A DNA stretch of 64,000 bases from Octopus vulgaris (lineage: Eukaryota), in NCBI GenBank assembly GCA_951406725.2, contig OX597837.1, positions 46,500,001 through 46,564,000 of the forward strand, given 5' to 3'. Position 1 is the stretch's first letter, and each line of letters opens with the position of its first letter. The notes below the pieces were generated by a model, which did not search any database, was not told the DNA's origin, and worked only from the letters and a program-made list of their open reading frames with translations. Of this stretch, positions 51,880-64,000 are shown piece by piece. A program made the translations under genes and the position numbers.

Positions 51880-52500
51880 TATTAAAAATAAATATTACAA
51901 TTGAAACAACACTGAGAAAATAAACCTGGGATATGTGCAATCAGAAAACTGGAAATATGTAGCAGATATAAAAAAAAGTGCCATTTGAGAGAGGAAGAAA
52001 AAGTCATTTGAAAAAAAGAAAAATCAAACATTCTAGCATCAAGAAACATTAATATCAATGGCAGAAGATTATTGAAATGCTATGTTTAGTCCACTCTACT
52101 CCGTGGAGCTGAAACATGGACATTAACAAAAATATTATGAAATAAACCAGAAGACTTTGAATGGTAAGTATATAGAGGACTTCTGAGAATATTATGGACA
52201 AAACCAATGATGGAATAGCAAAAATAGCAAAAACTAAGAAAATTTTATTAGACACGATCAAAGAGAAAAGTAAAACATTTTGGACACTTAATTAGAAAAA
52301 AGTGGTTTACAGAGAATATTATTCAAAAGCGAAATGGGAATAAATAGGAAGAGAGGCAGAGGAAAACCCGAAATTATGCTAGATTTATATTAACAAGAAT
52401 TGGGTAGCCATAAAGTTATAATGAATGTGATAAAAAAAAAACTGAAATGGTAATCAATGATATTCAACATAATGAATGCAGATGATAACTAAGGGTGTTG
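51880..52500 (+). mobile_element. Decayed LINE 3' remnant
   Basis: Frameshifted KCYVxSTLLxGAETWTLT-like and FGHL-like post-RT motifs. Confidence 0.55.
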
Positions 52501-52514
52501 ATGATATACATACG

Positions 52515-52547
<33 letters not shown>

Positions 52548-52569
52548 ATTTATTTATCTATGATATATA

Positions 52570-52840
52570 TTGGGTCATCCCATAAATAATGCAGTTTTTT
52601 TAATACTTCTTTTATTTTTCAAAATTAAGATAAATTTCTTTTTTAATTTTAGATATACTCTCCTTTATTTTCTGCAATGCTCTTCCATCTTCTGGTAGAC
52701 TTGCAAGGCTCCTCTTCCAAAATTCACTTGTCCATGACGAAAAATACTCTTCCACTACTGTTCTGACATTGTCTACAAATTTCATTATTTTACCATCCAA
52801 ATGATTTTGAAGACTGTGGAATAAATGATAATCTCACATC
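52570..52840 (-). mobile_element. Mariner 3' remnant with TIR
   Basis: DYHLFHSLQNHLDGK-like C-terminus; terminal TTGGGTCATCCCATAA next to TA. Confidence 0.7.
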
Positions 52841-53332
52841 TGCAGATAAATTCAGTTTCAGATCATGAACATAACCTCTCCAGATGAAGAACTTTTGAAT
52901 CTGATTAGATAAACAATATCAAAATAGCATTTCAGCAATATTTAAAACTCTTCTTATGAGATGACAAATGACTGAGATATGTCGCACATTGCTGTACTCA
53001 AGACCCATTCACCACAACAGAATTGAGATCCTAAAACCAAAACACCACATAAAAAGCATTGGTGTGGGTACTGGTGTCCCATAAAAAGCATTAGTGCTGC
53101 TACCATGTACAAAACGCTGATGATGGTGCCATGTAAAAAGCACCTAGTACATTCTGTAAAGTGGTCAGCATTAGGAAGGTTTTCCAGCTGTGGAAAACAA
53201 GCCAAAACAGTGTATGGAACCTTGGCCTTGCCAGTTCCTGTCAAGCAATTCACACAATGTTGATGATGATTGATGATTCCTAAACTGTTTTCACATTATT
53301 CATGGTACAATTTAATCACCTAATATAGATGT

Positions 53333-53552
53333 CCCTTTCGTTACCAACCCGGCTGAGACTGGCTCTGGCTCTGAGTACAAATGTCTTGTTTTCAGAAGTT
53401 TTGAATTAAAATCTTCCACCAAACCTTAGTCACAATTTATGATCCTAACACTAGCTGAATGATACCTAAGTTATTTTACTAAATTCTTTGTTATATTTAA
53501 AACAGTTAAAAGAAACAGAGAGCAGCTCAAAATAAATCCAGTAACGAAAGGG
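53333..53552. mobile_element. piggyBac-type MITE, second family
   Basis: Perfect 12-bp TIR CCCTTTCGTTAC / GTAACGAAAGGG; canonical TTAA TSD not seen. Confidence 0.7.
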
Positions 53553-54349
53553 ATAGTCTTACTGACAAAACATTGGGAGTATCCAAGAAGAAACAGACTT
53601 CATGCTCAAATAACTTTTGTACAAATGCCATCATTAAAATGCACACACAAAAAATTCCTGAAACATCTCAACATATATTGAGAAAATCATACAAATCAAG
53701 GAGCTGGCTACTCTCTGAAAGATAGATCATAGGGGCCACCTAATCATGTGTCCCCCTACATCTATCATTCTTAAGGTCCTTACGCTCAATTTTGTTTCTA
53801 ACATTGATAATCAATCATTCTAAGAGCGAGATAGACATTGTAGTAAATATTTTCTCAATACCATTAAACCTTTAAATATATATATAATGAAATTATTGTA
53901 TACAGTGCTCAGGTGTACCACAACTTGTCAAAAAGTGCGTATAAAGTATAAAGTATATGCATTCACATTATTCTGTCAAAAGTTAAGATTATTTATTCAC
54001 AGTTTTTATCTTTTTATCTTTATCTTGCAGCTTTGAAATTTTGATGAGGTAACTGTTAATTTTTTGAATGATATTGTAGGGCTGCTGTGTGAAGCCAGAT
54101 TTGGCCAGTTTGAACATAAAACAGGTGGAATACTTATGGCTGGTTTAAATGCCAAAGGGTTAAATCTGATTTCAGATGGCTATAGTGTTGATTCAAACGG
54201 ACTGCAGTGCTACTATAATCAACTAGTTTCACAGAACATCAACCCCAGTACTGAACTGGTATTTATTTCATCAGCCCCAAAAGGATGAAAGGTAAAGTCC
54301 ACCTCGACAGAATTTGAACTTAGAAATTCTGCCAGCTTGCTGCCTTTTT

Positions 54350-54830
54350 CTACCCTTCAATATTGAATTCACTTCTTCTGAAAGCCCTAGATTTGACCAA
54401 CAATTTACTAGAATCAATGGTCTCAGCATCAGAATCATTCTAAATACTAGAAAGTTACTCCTGTGTTGTGATTCTTAGTGGACAAAAAAGAAGGCAACCC
54501 AATGTTTGATGGTTCTGTCTGGAGCTACAATTGGATTGATGTTGCTGCTTTCATCAGGTTCTTTAACCTAGATACCTTAAAAAACATACCCATTCCCACA
54601 GCTCAGCCTTGCACAGGGTCAATAGCTGGGCAATCTCAAGCCACAAGAATGGCTATATTACAGATAAGTTCAGGATGAAGCTTATAAATATATTCAAAGA
54701 ATTTAGCCTTACTATAACATCCTGAGCTGACTTCCTAAGTCTTGCACTAAACCACAAAACAAGCAACCATTCTTTCTACAGAAAACCCATTGAGAAAACT
54801 GTTTATATCCACAGAAATTCAAATAACCCT
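54350..54830 (+). mobile_element. Penelope-like RT remnant (different subfamily)
   Basis: Decayed KKEGNPMFDGSVWSYNW (cf. WxKK...FDVxMGSYDG) and DKFRMKLINIFKEFSLTIT. Confidence 0.6.
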
Positions 54831-55070
54831 TCATATATACATATGTACACAAACACAAATACACAAACATACATAGATACATATTATATATATGTATATA
54901 ATATATATATATCTACATATACATATATTTATATACACACATACATAGTAATATATGTGCATATGTATTTATACACATGTATATAAACATATATATATGT
55001 ATCTGATTGAATCTTTACGTCAACATGTACCTCCTTGCGACAATGTAGCCTTTAATCTAATCAAGATATC

Positions 55071-55160
55071 CTTGGCCTGAAGACTAGCTGGCAGTAAACA
55101 TCTCACTTGGATTTTACCACTTCTGAGGCTCTTCTCGCTATGAAATATATGTAGCCCAGA
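55071..55160 (+). ncRNA. Type I hammerhead ribozyme motif, slightly decayed
   Basis: CTTGGC-CTGAAGA-CTAGC...GCTAT-GAAA-TATATG-TA-GCCCAG. The 10.1-11.1 pair is lost. Lies downstream of a same-strand Penelope RT remnant. Confidence 0.65.
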
Positions 55161-55411
55161 TTTCCCATATTCCATTCTGTAACTCTTGTATTTTTTTTTT
55201 CAGCACACTCAGCAATCCTGGTTGCCTACCGAGGAATAGAAAAAGAACTTATTTCAGCTCATTGTTCTTCGATAAAAGTTAAAAAATCCACAACCTTCCA
55301 TCTCAATAAACCACTACTGTTCATGAAAGTTGTTTTATATTCACTACGGATTGCTCAAAGCTAACTTTCTTCCTACACCTCAATCTCTGGATCTTATATA
55401 TAAATATATAT

Positions 55412-55810
55412 ATCATCATCATCGTTTAACGTCCTCTTTCGATGCTAGCATATGTTGGACGGTTTAACTGGGGTCTGGAAAGCCCGAAGGTTGTACCAGG
55501 CCAGTCAGATCTGGCGGTGTTTCTACAGCTGGATGCCCTTCCTAACGCCAACCACTCCGTGAGTGTAGTGGGAGCTTTTAATGTGTCACCAACACAGGTG
55601 CCAGACGAGGCTGGCAAACGGCCACGCTCGGATGGTGTTTTTTACGTGCCACCGACACGGAGGCCAGGCAGGGCTGGACGGCCACGACCGGATGGTGTTT
55701 GTTACGTGCCACCAGCACGGAGGCCAGTCGATGCGTTGCTGGCTACGGCCACGTTCGGATGGTTCTCTTATGTGCCACCGGCACTGGTACCACAAACTAC
55801 AAATTCCATT
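55412..55810 (-). mobile_element. Repeat family B
   Basis: Four units; further minus copies at 17717-17920, 46430-46530, 50525-50830, 61560-61940. Confidence 0.8.
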
Positions 55811-55969
55811 GATATATATATATATGTATGTATATATATATATGTATATACATACATATATATATATACACACATATATATATATATACATATGTATGTA
55901 TATATATATATATACATACATACACATACATACGTACATACATACATACATACACAGATACACACATAC

Positions 55970-56003
<34 letters not shown>

Positions 56004-56329
56004 GTATGTATTTATGTATTTGTGTCGCCCCATCATTGCTTGACACTGATGTTGATGTGTTTACACCAACTCCAGCATGGCCACATTCAAAGGGCTGAAA
56101 CAAGTAAAAGAATAATATATATATATATATAATATATATTACACATACATATATATGTGTGTCTGTATGTGTGTATGTAATATATATATATATATAATAT
56201 TTGCACACTCATTCACACTCACATATGCACACACATTTGGACACATATATGTATGTATGTATGTATAAATATACATACATGTGTATGTACACACATAGAT
56301 GCACTGCTTTTTTTCCCCCTCTCCCAATA

Positions 56330-57236
56330 ACTGAACGCGTGGTGAAGCGACTCTCTTTAAGATGTCACCATTGTCGACGCGAGTCCCTGAAATATTCCTT
56401 TATACATTTCTGAAATTATTTTCTGTTAGCAATTTTCTGGCGCCTTCGCGCAGCCGTAGTTTCCGATGTGTCATCGTAGAAGTACCGTCAGCAGCAGTAG
56501 TTAGAAAGTGTTTTTAGTAGTGGAAGCTTCAGCGGCCGACTGAGACAGAACTGCCAGCGAGAATCAGGATGGATACCGGATAAAACACTCCAAGACTACT
56601 CGTTTTTTCGCAGAATCGGCACCATTGGACTAAAAACCTTCGATACAAAGGAAGAAACTGGATTATCTTTTATTTTTTCCTGTTCGTCAATTTTTGGAAT
56701 TTTTGGTAAACTGGAAGAATTAAAAGTTGCTCGAAAGATCTGAATTGCTGAAAAAGAAAACCACAAAAAAAAAAAGAAAGAAAAAAAAAAGAGAAAAAGA
56801 AAAATAATTAACCTTCCCCGAGAAAGAAACAGAAGCTGAAGGCAGGCACAGGATTATACATACATACATACATATATATATATATATACACACACACATA
56901 TATCTTAGAGAGAGAGAATTAACAAAACTAGGAGATACCCGAAGAATTTTGTTTCTCTCGCATCGTCCTCATATTGTGATATTGTGTATGTCTATATATA
57001 TATATACATATATACACGCACGCACACATACATTCATACATACATGCTCACACATACATTCATACATACATACACGCACACACACGCACTTAAGTATTGA
57101 TGCTGTGATGCTGCTACTATGACTAACAGTTAACTTTTAAACAGCAATCGTCATTCACATGTATACATATACACAGTCACACGTGATACTCGCTCATAAA
57201 CTTATCTCTATGTGTTTATACAGCGATCTAGCTTGA

Positions 57237-57269
<33 letters not shown>

Positions 57270-57877
57270 GTATGTATATATGGTGAATATGTCGCCAAGA
57301 ATGTGTGCAAGAAAGTTGGTGGCGCACTTGGTCGGATGCTACAGCCGCTGATAAAGGAACGGCTTCGTCGGGGGGTGAAAACGAAGCACCGACCCTGATA
57401 GAGTTGTTTCGGGGGGAGGGGAAGTTTCAGTTAGAATTTTTGGTGACTTCGCAGAAATTATATCACGATGTGTGTGTAGAAAGTTGTGATGATGATGATG
57501 ATGAAGTGTTAGGAAGATTTTCGTTCCACGATCTCGTCGAAGACGAGTGGAAGAGTGAATGAAAGAGTAGGAATAAAGGGGGGGAAATATATCGCTGAAA
57601 GAAAAGAGTAAGAAAACATATTTCTTTATTACCCACAAGGGGCTAAACATAGAGGGGACACGAACAACATTTAACAATTGTAATACATTTCACTGGGAAC
57701 GAAACGAAAGATATAAGGGGGAAAGGGTTTTCTTTTTGTCCCCTTCGTCAGGATCGGAAGTAAGTTGCAATAAATAATTGGTTAGTGAAAGAGTTACTCA
57801 GCTTGCTTGTGTCTGCACAGATAGTTTTGTATTACAATTTCTTGTAGAGTTCGTTGTTTGTCGCCTGCTTCAGTACC
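56330..57877 (+). promoter_or_regulatory. CpG-enriched promoter / long 5' leader of the ELKS gene
   Basis: Non-transposon sequence with many CpGs relative to the CpG-poor background, directly upstream of the ATG. TSS not determinable. Confidence 0.55.
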
Positions 57878-58867
57878 ATGTATTCTTCGAATGTATCTCG
57901 GTCAACAGGGAGGTTGGACTCCATGACCAACTCCCTCCCTAATTCTCGCAGTGGTCACCACTATTCTTCGTTATCGTCTCCATCCAAGTCTTCTAATGGC
58001 TCAATGATTGAGCATCGCAAACACAGCGGAGGGACCAGCGGTACCTCATCTGTCTCGTCCAAATTATTGTCTCCGCGCCGAAGTAGGTCCAGCGGAACGG
58101 ATAGTAGTAGCCAAGGTAGCCGTTCCAGCAGCCCCCTTGACATGTCCACAGACAGCATTCAGTCTGTAAATTCAGCCTACAACCTGAGCCAATCTTATGT
58201 CCTAGATGGACACACAAGTCCGATTCCTTCCCTCTATGACAGCCGTTCCAGTAGCATGACCAGTGTAAGAAGCTATATGCGAGATCGGTCTTTAGAAAGA
58301 AATAGCGACAATGATAGAATGTCCTCTTCAGGTATTTATTCAGATGGTCGATCACAATCATCCGAAACCAGTAGGTATCCAACGTTGGGCACTGGCGGTC
58401 GAGATCACCGCGATTTGGCCCCCACCAGCTCTGGTAGTGTCCGAGAACGCCGCCCTAGTTACCAACTCTCCTCTTCGTCATCTCGTGATCGTTCTTTAGA
58501 CAGAGAGTATCCTCATATGGGAGCTAGATCCTTGGAAAGGGACTATGCTTTCCATCACAACCGCAATCGAAGTTTTGATTTGGCCGAGGTACTTTCTTCC
58601 AGTTTCACTTCGCAGTCCGTCATGGATGTCCGACTTAAGGACCAGATTATTTTGGATTTGCAAAACCAGATAGCCGAATTAAACAGAGACTGTTTACAGT
58701 ATCAAAGGGATGCAGAAAATTCAAATGAAAAATTAAACTCTTGCATGAACAGTATTAAAACTTTTTGGAGTCCCGAATTGAAAAAGGAAAGGGCTCAGCG
58801 AAAGGAAGAGGTTTCTAAATACCTTAACTTAAACGAGCAACTGAAAATTACCCAGGCTGAATTTAAG
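57878..58867 (+). CDS. ERC1: ELKS/CAST/ERC (Bruchpilot) family active-zone protein, first coding exon (330 codons, gene continues beyond this exon)
   Basis: ACCATG start at 57878 and open frame to AAG|gtaaga donor (phase 0). It encodes the family hallmark KLNSCMNSIKTFWSPELKKERAQRKEE, preceded by coiled-coil DQIILDLQNQIAEL and by STDSIQSVNSAY (cf. vertebrate SMENIQSLNAAY). Symbol denotes ERC1/ERC2 co-orthology. Confidence 0.95.
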
Positions 58868-60274
58868 GTAAGATTCTCTTTGGTTATTTACTACTTATGA
58901 ATTATTTTAATCATTTGTGGAAGCACAGCAGATCTCTCTCTAGATATACCTTTTAAAAAGCAAATGTCACAAAAATGAGGGTTCCACCTTCATATGTACT
59001 CTCATAAAAATTCAGTCGATTTAAATTATTCTTATAAATCACTATTGTTCAGAAAAAAAAAAAAATCGAAATATATCGATTCTTCTCAGCCATACCTCCT
59101 TCACTCAACCATTTCTTAGATACCGGCGACAGCTCTCCACACGTCGTCATGTGCTTTCGTTTATACCCAGAGTGCACTCATACCCTGCTACAACCCATCA
59201 TAAACAAATACATGTACACATAATTATGACAGGAAGGGTTTCTTGTCTAGACACAAAACCATTTCTCAGCTACAGGATGGATGCATTCTTTTTAAACCAT
59301 CCTAGCATTTTACTGGTATTTATTTTACCACCCTGTTGGAGATTGATGAAAATAACACGATTTCTGTCGGGATTTCTATGATAACAAACACCTAATGGTT
59401 TCTTATAAAGGTTTTGACCCCTGTTGTAGTTCATTGGCGGGTAATGAATTTCTGAGTTGCGGTGCGTATATTTTCAAAAAAAAAAAAAAAAAAAATTAAC
59501 AAAGTATGAAGTAAACAACAGTTTGTCTCAATTGCAAAACCTTATTCTTGATAAGGAGTGGGTTTGAGGACGGTCAATTATCCCATTACCCTCTCTTGCT
59601 GACACTTAATGGCGAACCAACGAGGAAGACTCTATATAACCATTCGACTGGTTAGAAATGACAGTCAAATTTTTCTCAAATTCAATTCTGCAGCTTTAGA
59701 TAAGCAAGGCCAAGTTAAGCAACATGGTCAATGATGTACAAAAGAGTGGAATGGTCTTTGGACACTAGCCTCGTCGACCAGGTTTGACCTGGGGTTACAC
59801 ACAAAAACTCCAACTGGCATTTAATAGTAACTACATCAGTAATGATACCATAACTAATTAATAACAATAGTTATTAATAACAATTAAAATAGATGAAATT
59901 TTGATTTAGTAGAGGGGTAACCGTTGGAGTGAATTTATTTATTGTTGCTTATTTTGTCAACACCAGATGAAGTTCAAGAAAAATGTGCATACTCGGAGTG
60001 GATTTGAACCATGCACAGTGAAGTAATGAAGTTAGATTTAATACAGCACCCAACTCAGTATAACTATTGCCATTATTATCACCCTTTAATAGTTAACGTG
60101 GTTTTTCCCTTCCGGACAATGCATATGTCTGTAGGAAGTGTGTGAGACAACGTCATGGAAAAACGATTAACAGAAAAGGAGAATTAGAGAAGGAACACCT
60201 CTCGTCAGCCATGGACACCAGAATCAGAATGATTTCGGCACACATAAGTCCAGGACTTTAATCCCATTGGATCG

Positions 60275-60433
60275 GTTTATGTATATCTATATAGGTATGT
60301 ACATATATACATATATATATATATATGTATGTATATGTATGTATGTATGTATATGTATGTGTGTATGTATGTATGTATGTATATGTATGTATACATATGT
60401 ATATATATGTATGTATATATATATATATGTATG

Positions 60434-60478
<45 letters not shown>

Positions 60479-60659
60479 ATGTATATATATATGTATGTAT
60501 ATGTATATATATATGTATATGTGTGTATGTATATATATATGTATGTATATGTATATATATATGTATATGTGTATGTATATATATATATATGTATGTATGT
60601 ATATATATATATGTATGTATATGTATGTATATATATATATATAAATATATATGTATGTA

Positions 60660-60710
<51 letters not shown>
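60275..60710. repeat. Compound (TA)/(TATG) microsatellite
   Basis: Directly visible; similar tracts at 46270-46690, 55810-56300, 61210-61560, 61945-62150. Confidence 0.95.
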
Positions 60711-60711
<1 letters not shown>

Positions 60712-61055
60712 GGAGTGGCTGTGTGGTAAGTAGCTTGCTTACCAATCACATGGTTCCAGGTTCAGTCTCACCGCGTGGCACCTTGGGCAACCAAAGCCTT
60801 GTGAGAGTGGATTTGGTAGACGGAAACTGGAAGAAGCCCGTTGTATATATGTATATGTGTGTGTATGTTTGTCCCCCTAACATTGCTTGACAACCAATGC
60901 TGGTGTGTTTACATCCCCATAACTCAGTGGTTTGGCACAAGAGACCAATAGAATAAAAACTAGGCTTACAAAGAATAAGTCCTGGTGTCGATTTGCTCAA
61001 CTAAAGGTGGTGCTCCAGCATGGCCACAGTCAAATGACTGAAACAAGTAAAAGAG
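60711..61055 (+). mobile_element. SINE family A
   Basis: Same head and tail as 36068-36460. Confidence 0.85.
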
Positions 61056-61101
61056 TATATATATATATATAATCAAAATAAGCAACAAGAATGACTCCGG
61101 T

Positions 61102-61189
61102 AATTTGGTACGATCGTTTCATACTACATCATTTTATTAAATGTAAGCATTACAACAGATTTAAGATGGTGAGTACTCATCAGCCAATT
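61102..61189 (-). ncRNA. Type I hammerhead ribozyme motif (PLE-type), antisense in ELKS intron
   Basis: AATTGG-CTGATGA-GTACT...AGTAT-GAAA-CGATCG-TA-CCAAATT: palindromic stem III ACGATCGT, GUA triplet. Confidence 0.8.
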
Positions 61190-61208
61190 ATAGAGGTTTT
61201 CCATTAAT

Positions 61209-61257
<49 letters not shown>

Positions 61258-61509
61258 GTGTGTGTGTGTGTGTCTGTGCATATATATATGCATATTTATA
61301 AATATGCATATTTATATATATGCATATTTATATATGTGTATATACGCATATATATATATATGTATATATGCACATATATATATGTGTATATATGTATATA
61401 TGCATATATGTATGTAAATATGCATATATATATATATGTGTATATATGCATATATATATTTGTATATGTTTATGTATATATATATATCTATGTTTCTATA
61501 TATATATGC

Positions 61510-61559
<50 letters not shown>

Positions 61560-61951
61560 ATCATCATCATCTTCATCGTTTATCATCTGTTTTCCATGCT
61601 GGCATGGGTTGGACGGTTAGACTGGGGTCTGGGAAGCCAGGAAGCTACACCAGACTCCAGTCTGATCTGGCATTGCTTCTACAGCTGGATGCTCTTTTTA
61701 ATGCCAACCACTCCAAGAGTGTAGTGGGTGCTTTTTATGTGCCACCGACACTGGGCCAGATGGGGCTGGCATCGATCACGATCAGATGCTGGTTTTTACA
61801 TGTCACCGGCATTGGAGCCAGTCAAGGTTGCACTGGCATTGGCCACATTTGGATGGTGCTTGTTTATGTGCCACCAGCACAGGAGCCAGTTTGGGCGAGC
61901 AGGCGAGCATCAACCACGTTCGGATGGTGGTTTTTATCTGCCATATATATG

Positions 61952-62008
<57 letters not shown>

Positions 62009-62042
62009 GTGTGTGTCCTATTTAGGTATAATACATTATGTG

Positions 62043-62130
<88 letters not shown>

Positions 62131-64000
62131 TATACACAGACACATACATATAGAATAATCGAAATAAATTTCGTGACCCTTGAACCCCAGGGCGACTATA
62201 TAGATTATCTACTCTTCCCCGGCATTGAGCACTTTTTTCTGTGTATTACCTCTCATGCGTGCTCTGTTTTTGTCTGAATAATAATAGCCATTCTATCGGG
62301 TACAATTGCTTATTCAGATAAAAGAGATCACTGATTCATCTCTTCCTGCCTTGAACGATTGCACGTAACGAGAAAGTCAGATAAACGTGAGCTTCTGATT
62401 AAATAAATACACATAACCCATTCTATGGAGTTAATAAGGGAGTCTATCACGGTCACTCGATCTGTAGAAGTAACAGCTCAGTTCACTCCACACCCAGTCC
62501 ACCTTAAAGATGGGAGGAGTATAATGGATATAATGCCTGGAAGAAAATGACAGGATGGTCATGGCAAGATTATCTTTGACCTGCTCGGTAAGAGTTGACC
62601 GAGGTGTAAAAGCAACATAGAAGAATTAGCTGAATTCCAAATATATCGGAGTAAAATCAAGATCGATAAATCAAGTACCAGTAATATAAAGCTTCGATTC
62701 AGACTTTATATTTCCCACCTGCAAAAACTGGTTTCAAATCAAACGAAATTGTCACAATCGAGTTGTTTGAAAACGGAAGAAATTCCGCTGATTTTTATTT
62801 TCCAAGGAATTTTCACTCACATGATGGAACTTAGCTCCAATAATGGAACAAAAATATTAGCATTTAATGTTAGCTATTTAGAAAAATAAGATAAAATAGT
62901 TATTTCTATTAAATTGTCTCAAAAGTTTCAAGAATCGGTACGGTTTGGCCCTCTCTCTGTAGAGAAAGTTTAGCTTGCATTCCTAAGAATGCAACTATTA
63001 TTGTCTTTCTGTTTGTGACCTGGCACAGGTCACACGGAATCTTCGTTTTACCAAATTCTGCAGCCCTTTACCATAGCAGAAGTCTGGCTTTGCATCAATA
63101 TTAGCTCCCTCCTCCTTCCTGCCACCGCGTCTGTTGTCTTTGATACCCGTAAACACCTCCAATAAATCTAGAATGTAGAAAACCAGACGTTGGCCCTCTC
63201 CCTCTCTCCTACCCCCATCTTCTTTTTACAATTTCTAGTCGGTGTTTGGCGTGATTACTCACCACTGAATAGGGGAGAGAGAGAGAGAGAGCAAGTGGGG
63301 AGGTGGTACAGAGAGATAATAGATATAAAGAGGTAGAGAGAACGAGAGAGAGAGAAAGAAAGAAGAGATAGAGGTATGGTGAGTGAGACAGAAAGCGGTG
63401 GATGTGGTTATAGATCGAACAATAAAGAAGGCACATGGGAGAATTGAGGTATAAGGTGTGAGATGGAGAGAAGAAGGAAGAAAGAAACTAAGGTGATAGT
63501 GATGTATTGAATAGACATACAACTGTATCGAATGAATGGAAAAGGAAAGGAAACGAGGAGAACAGATAAAGACACATTGGAGAAGGATAAATAGAGATGC
63601 AAGTCTAGCCAGGGGAGACTTGAAATAGATTTTGAGAAAAGAGAAAACTAGAAGTGTGGAAATATGCAGACGAGAGAGAGAGGTAATAAGGGTCCAGACG
63701 AAAAGGTGAGGTGGTAGGATGGTGAGATTTGAACAGGCAGAGGGAAATTCGCGAAAGAATGAGAGAAGAATGGAAAAATGGAATCAGTGAGAAAGCGAGA
63801 GAGAGAGGAGAAATTTGACTATAGGTGAGAAAATAGGGGGTTGTAACATGGCATCAAAATTTTTCTGTGGCCATCATTCTTGGCTAATAGGAGTGGGGTG
63901 TTAATGGTTTTTGTTGGATGGAAAATATCTTCATTCTTCCCATTTTTAACATAAGCGCATTCTTTGTCAAGTTTTCTTCAAATTTTGTCTTTATGGAAGG

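Noticed and set aside
57305-57562. 85-aa ORF upstream of ELKS
   Set aside because: GTG start, no family motif and includes a (GAT)n tract; more likely leader sequence.
58868-58900. ORF-track C-terminus VRFSLVIYYL and TTG-start extension at 57854
   Set aside because: Read-through into the intron after the gtaaga donor; the likely true start is the ATG at 57878.
60258-62158. Many long Y/I/C/V/M/H/T-rich ORFs (also 46205-46779, 55581-56327)
   Set aside because: Translations of stop-free microsatellites.

Overview
AT-rich, microsatellite-dense eukaryotic DNA dominated by SINEs, MITEs and decayed transposons. The repeat families suggest an octopus or other coleoid cephalopod (inference). One clear protein-coding exon is present: the 990-bp first coding exon of an ELKS/CAST/ERC (Bruchpilot) active-zone gene at 57878-58867 (+). 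A second CpG/ETS-motif promoter near 42.0-42.4 kb probably drives a divergent minus-strand gene whose first coding exon is only 10 codons (MTGVPSVFGQ). The rest is hAT, mariner/Tc1, piggyBac-type, Gypsy, RTE and Penelope-like (PLE) debris. The most striking unannotated signal is a set of sequence-unrelated type I hammerhead ribozyme motifs. Four have an intact catalytic core and paired stems (15931-16016, 49947-50008, 55071-55160, 61102-61189) and several more are decayed. They sit mostly in short (TA)n-anchored PLE-tail-like segments. The window also holds two head-to-head inverted PLE insertions, an RTE copy with twin-priming geometry and many long foldback hairpins. Family assignments come from motif recognition by eye; no searches or folding programs were run.
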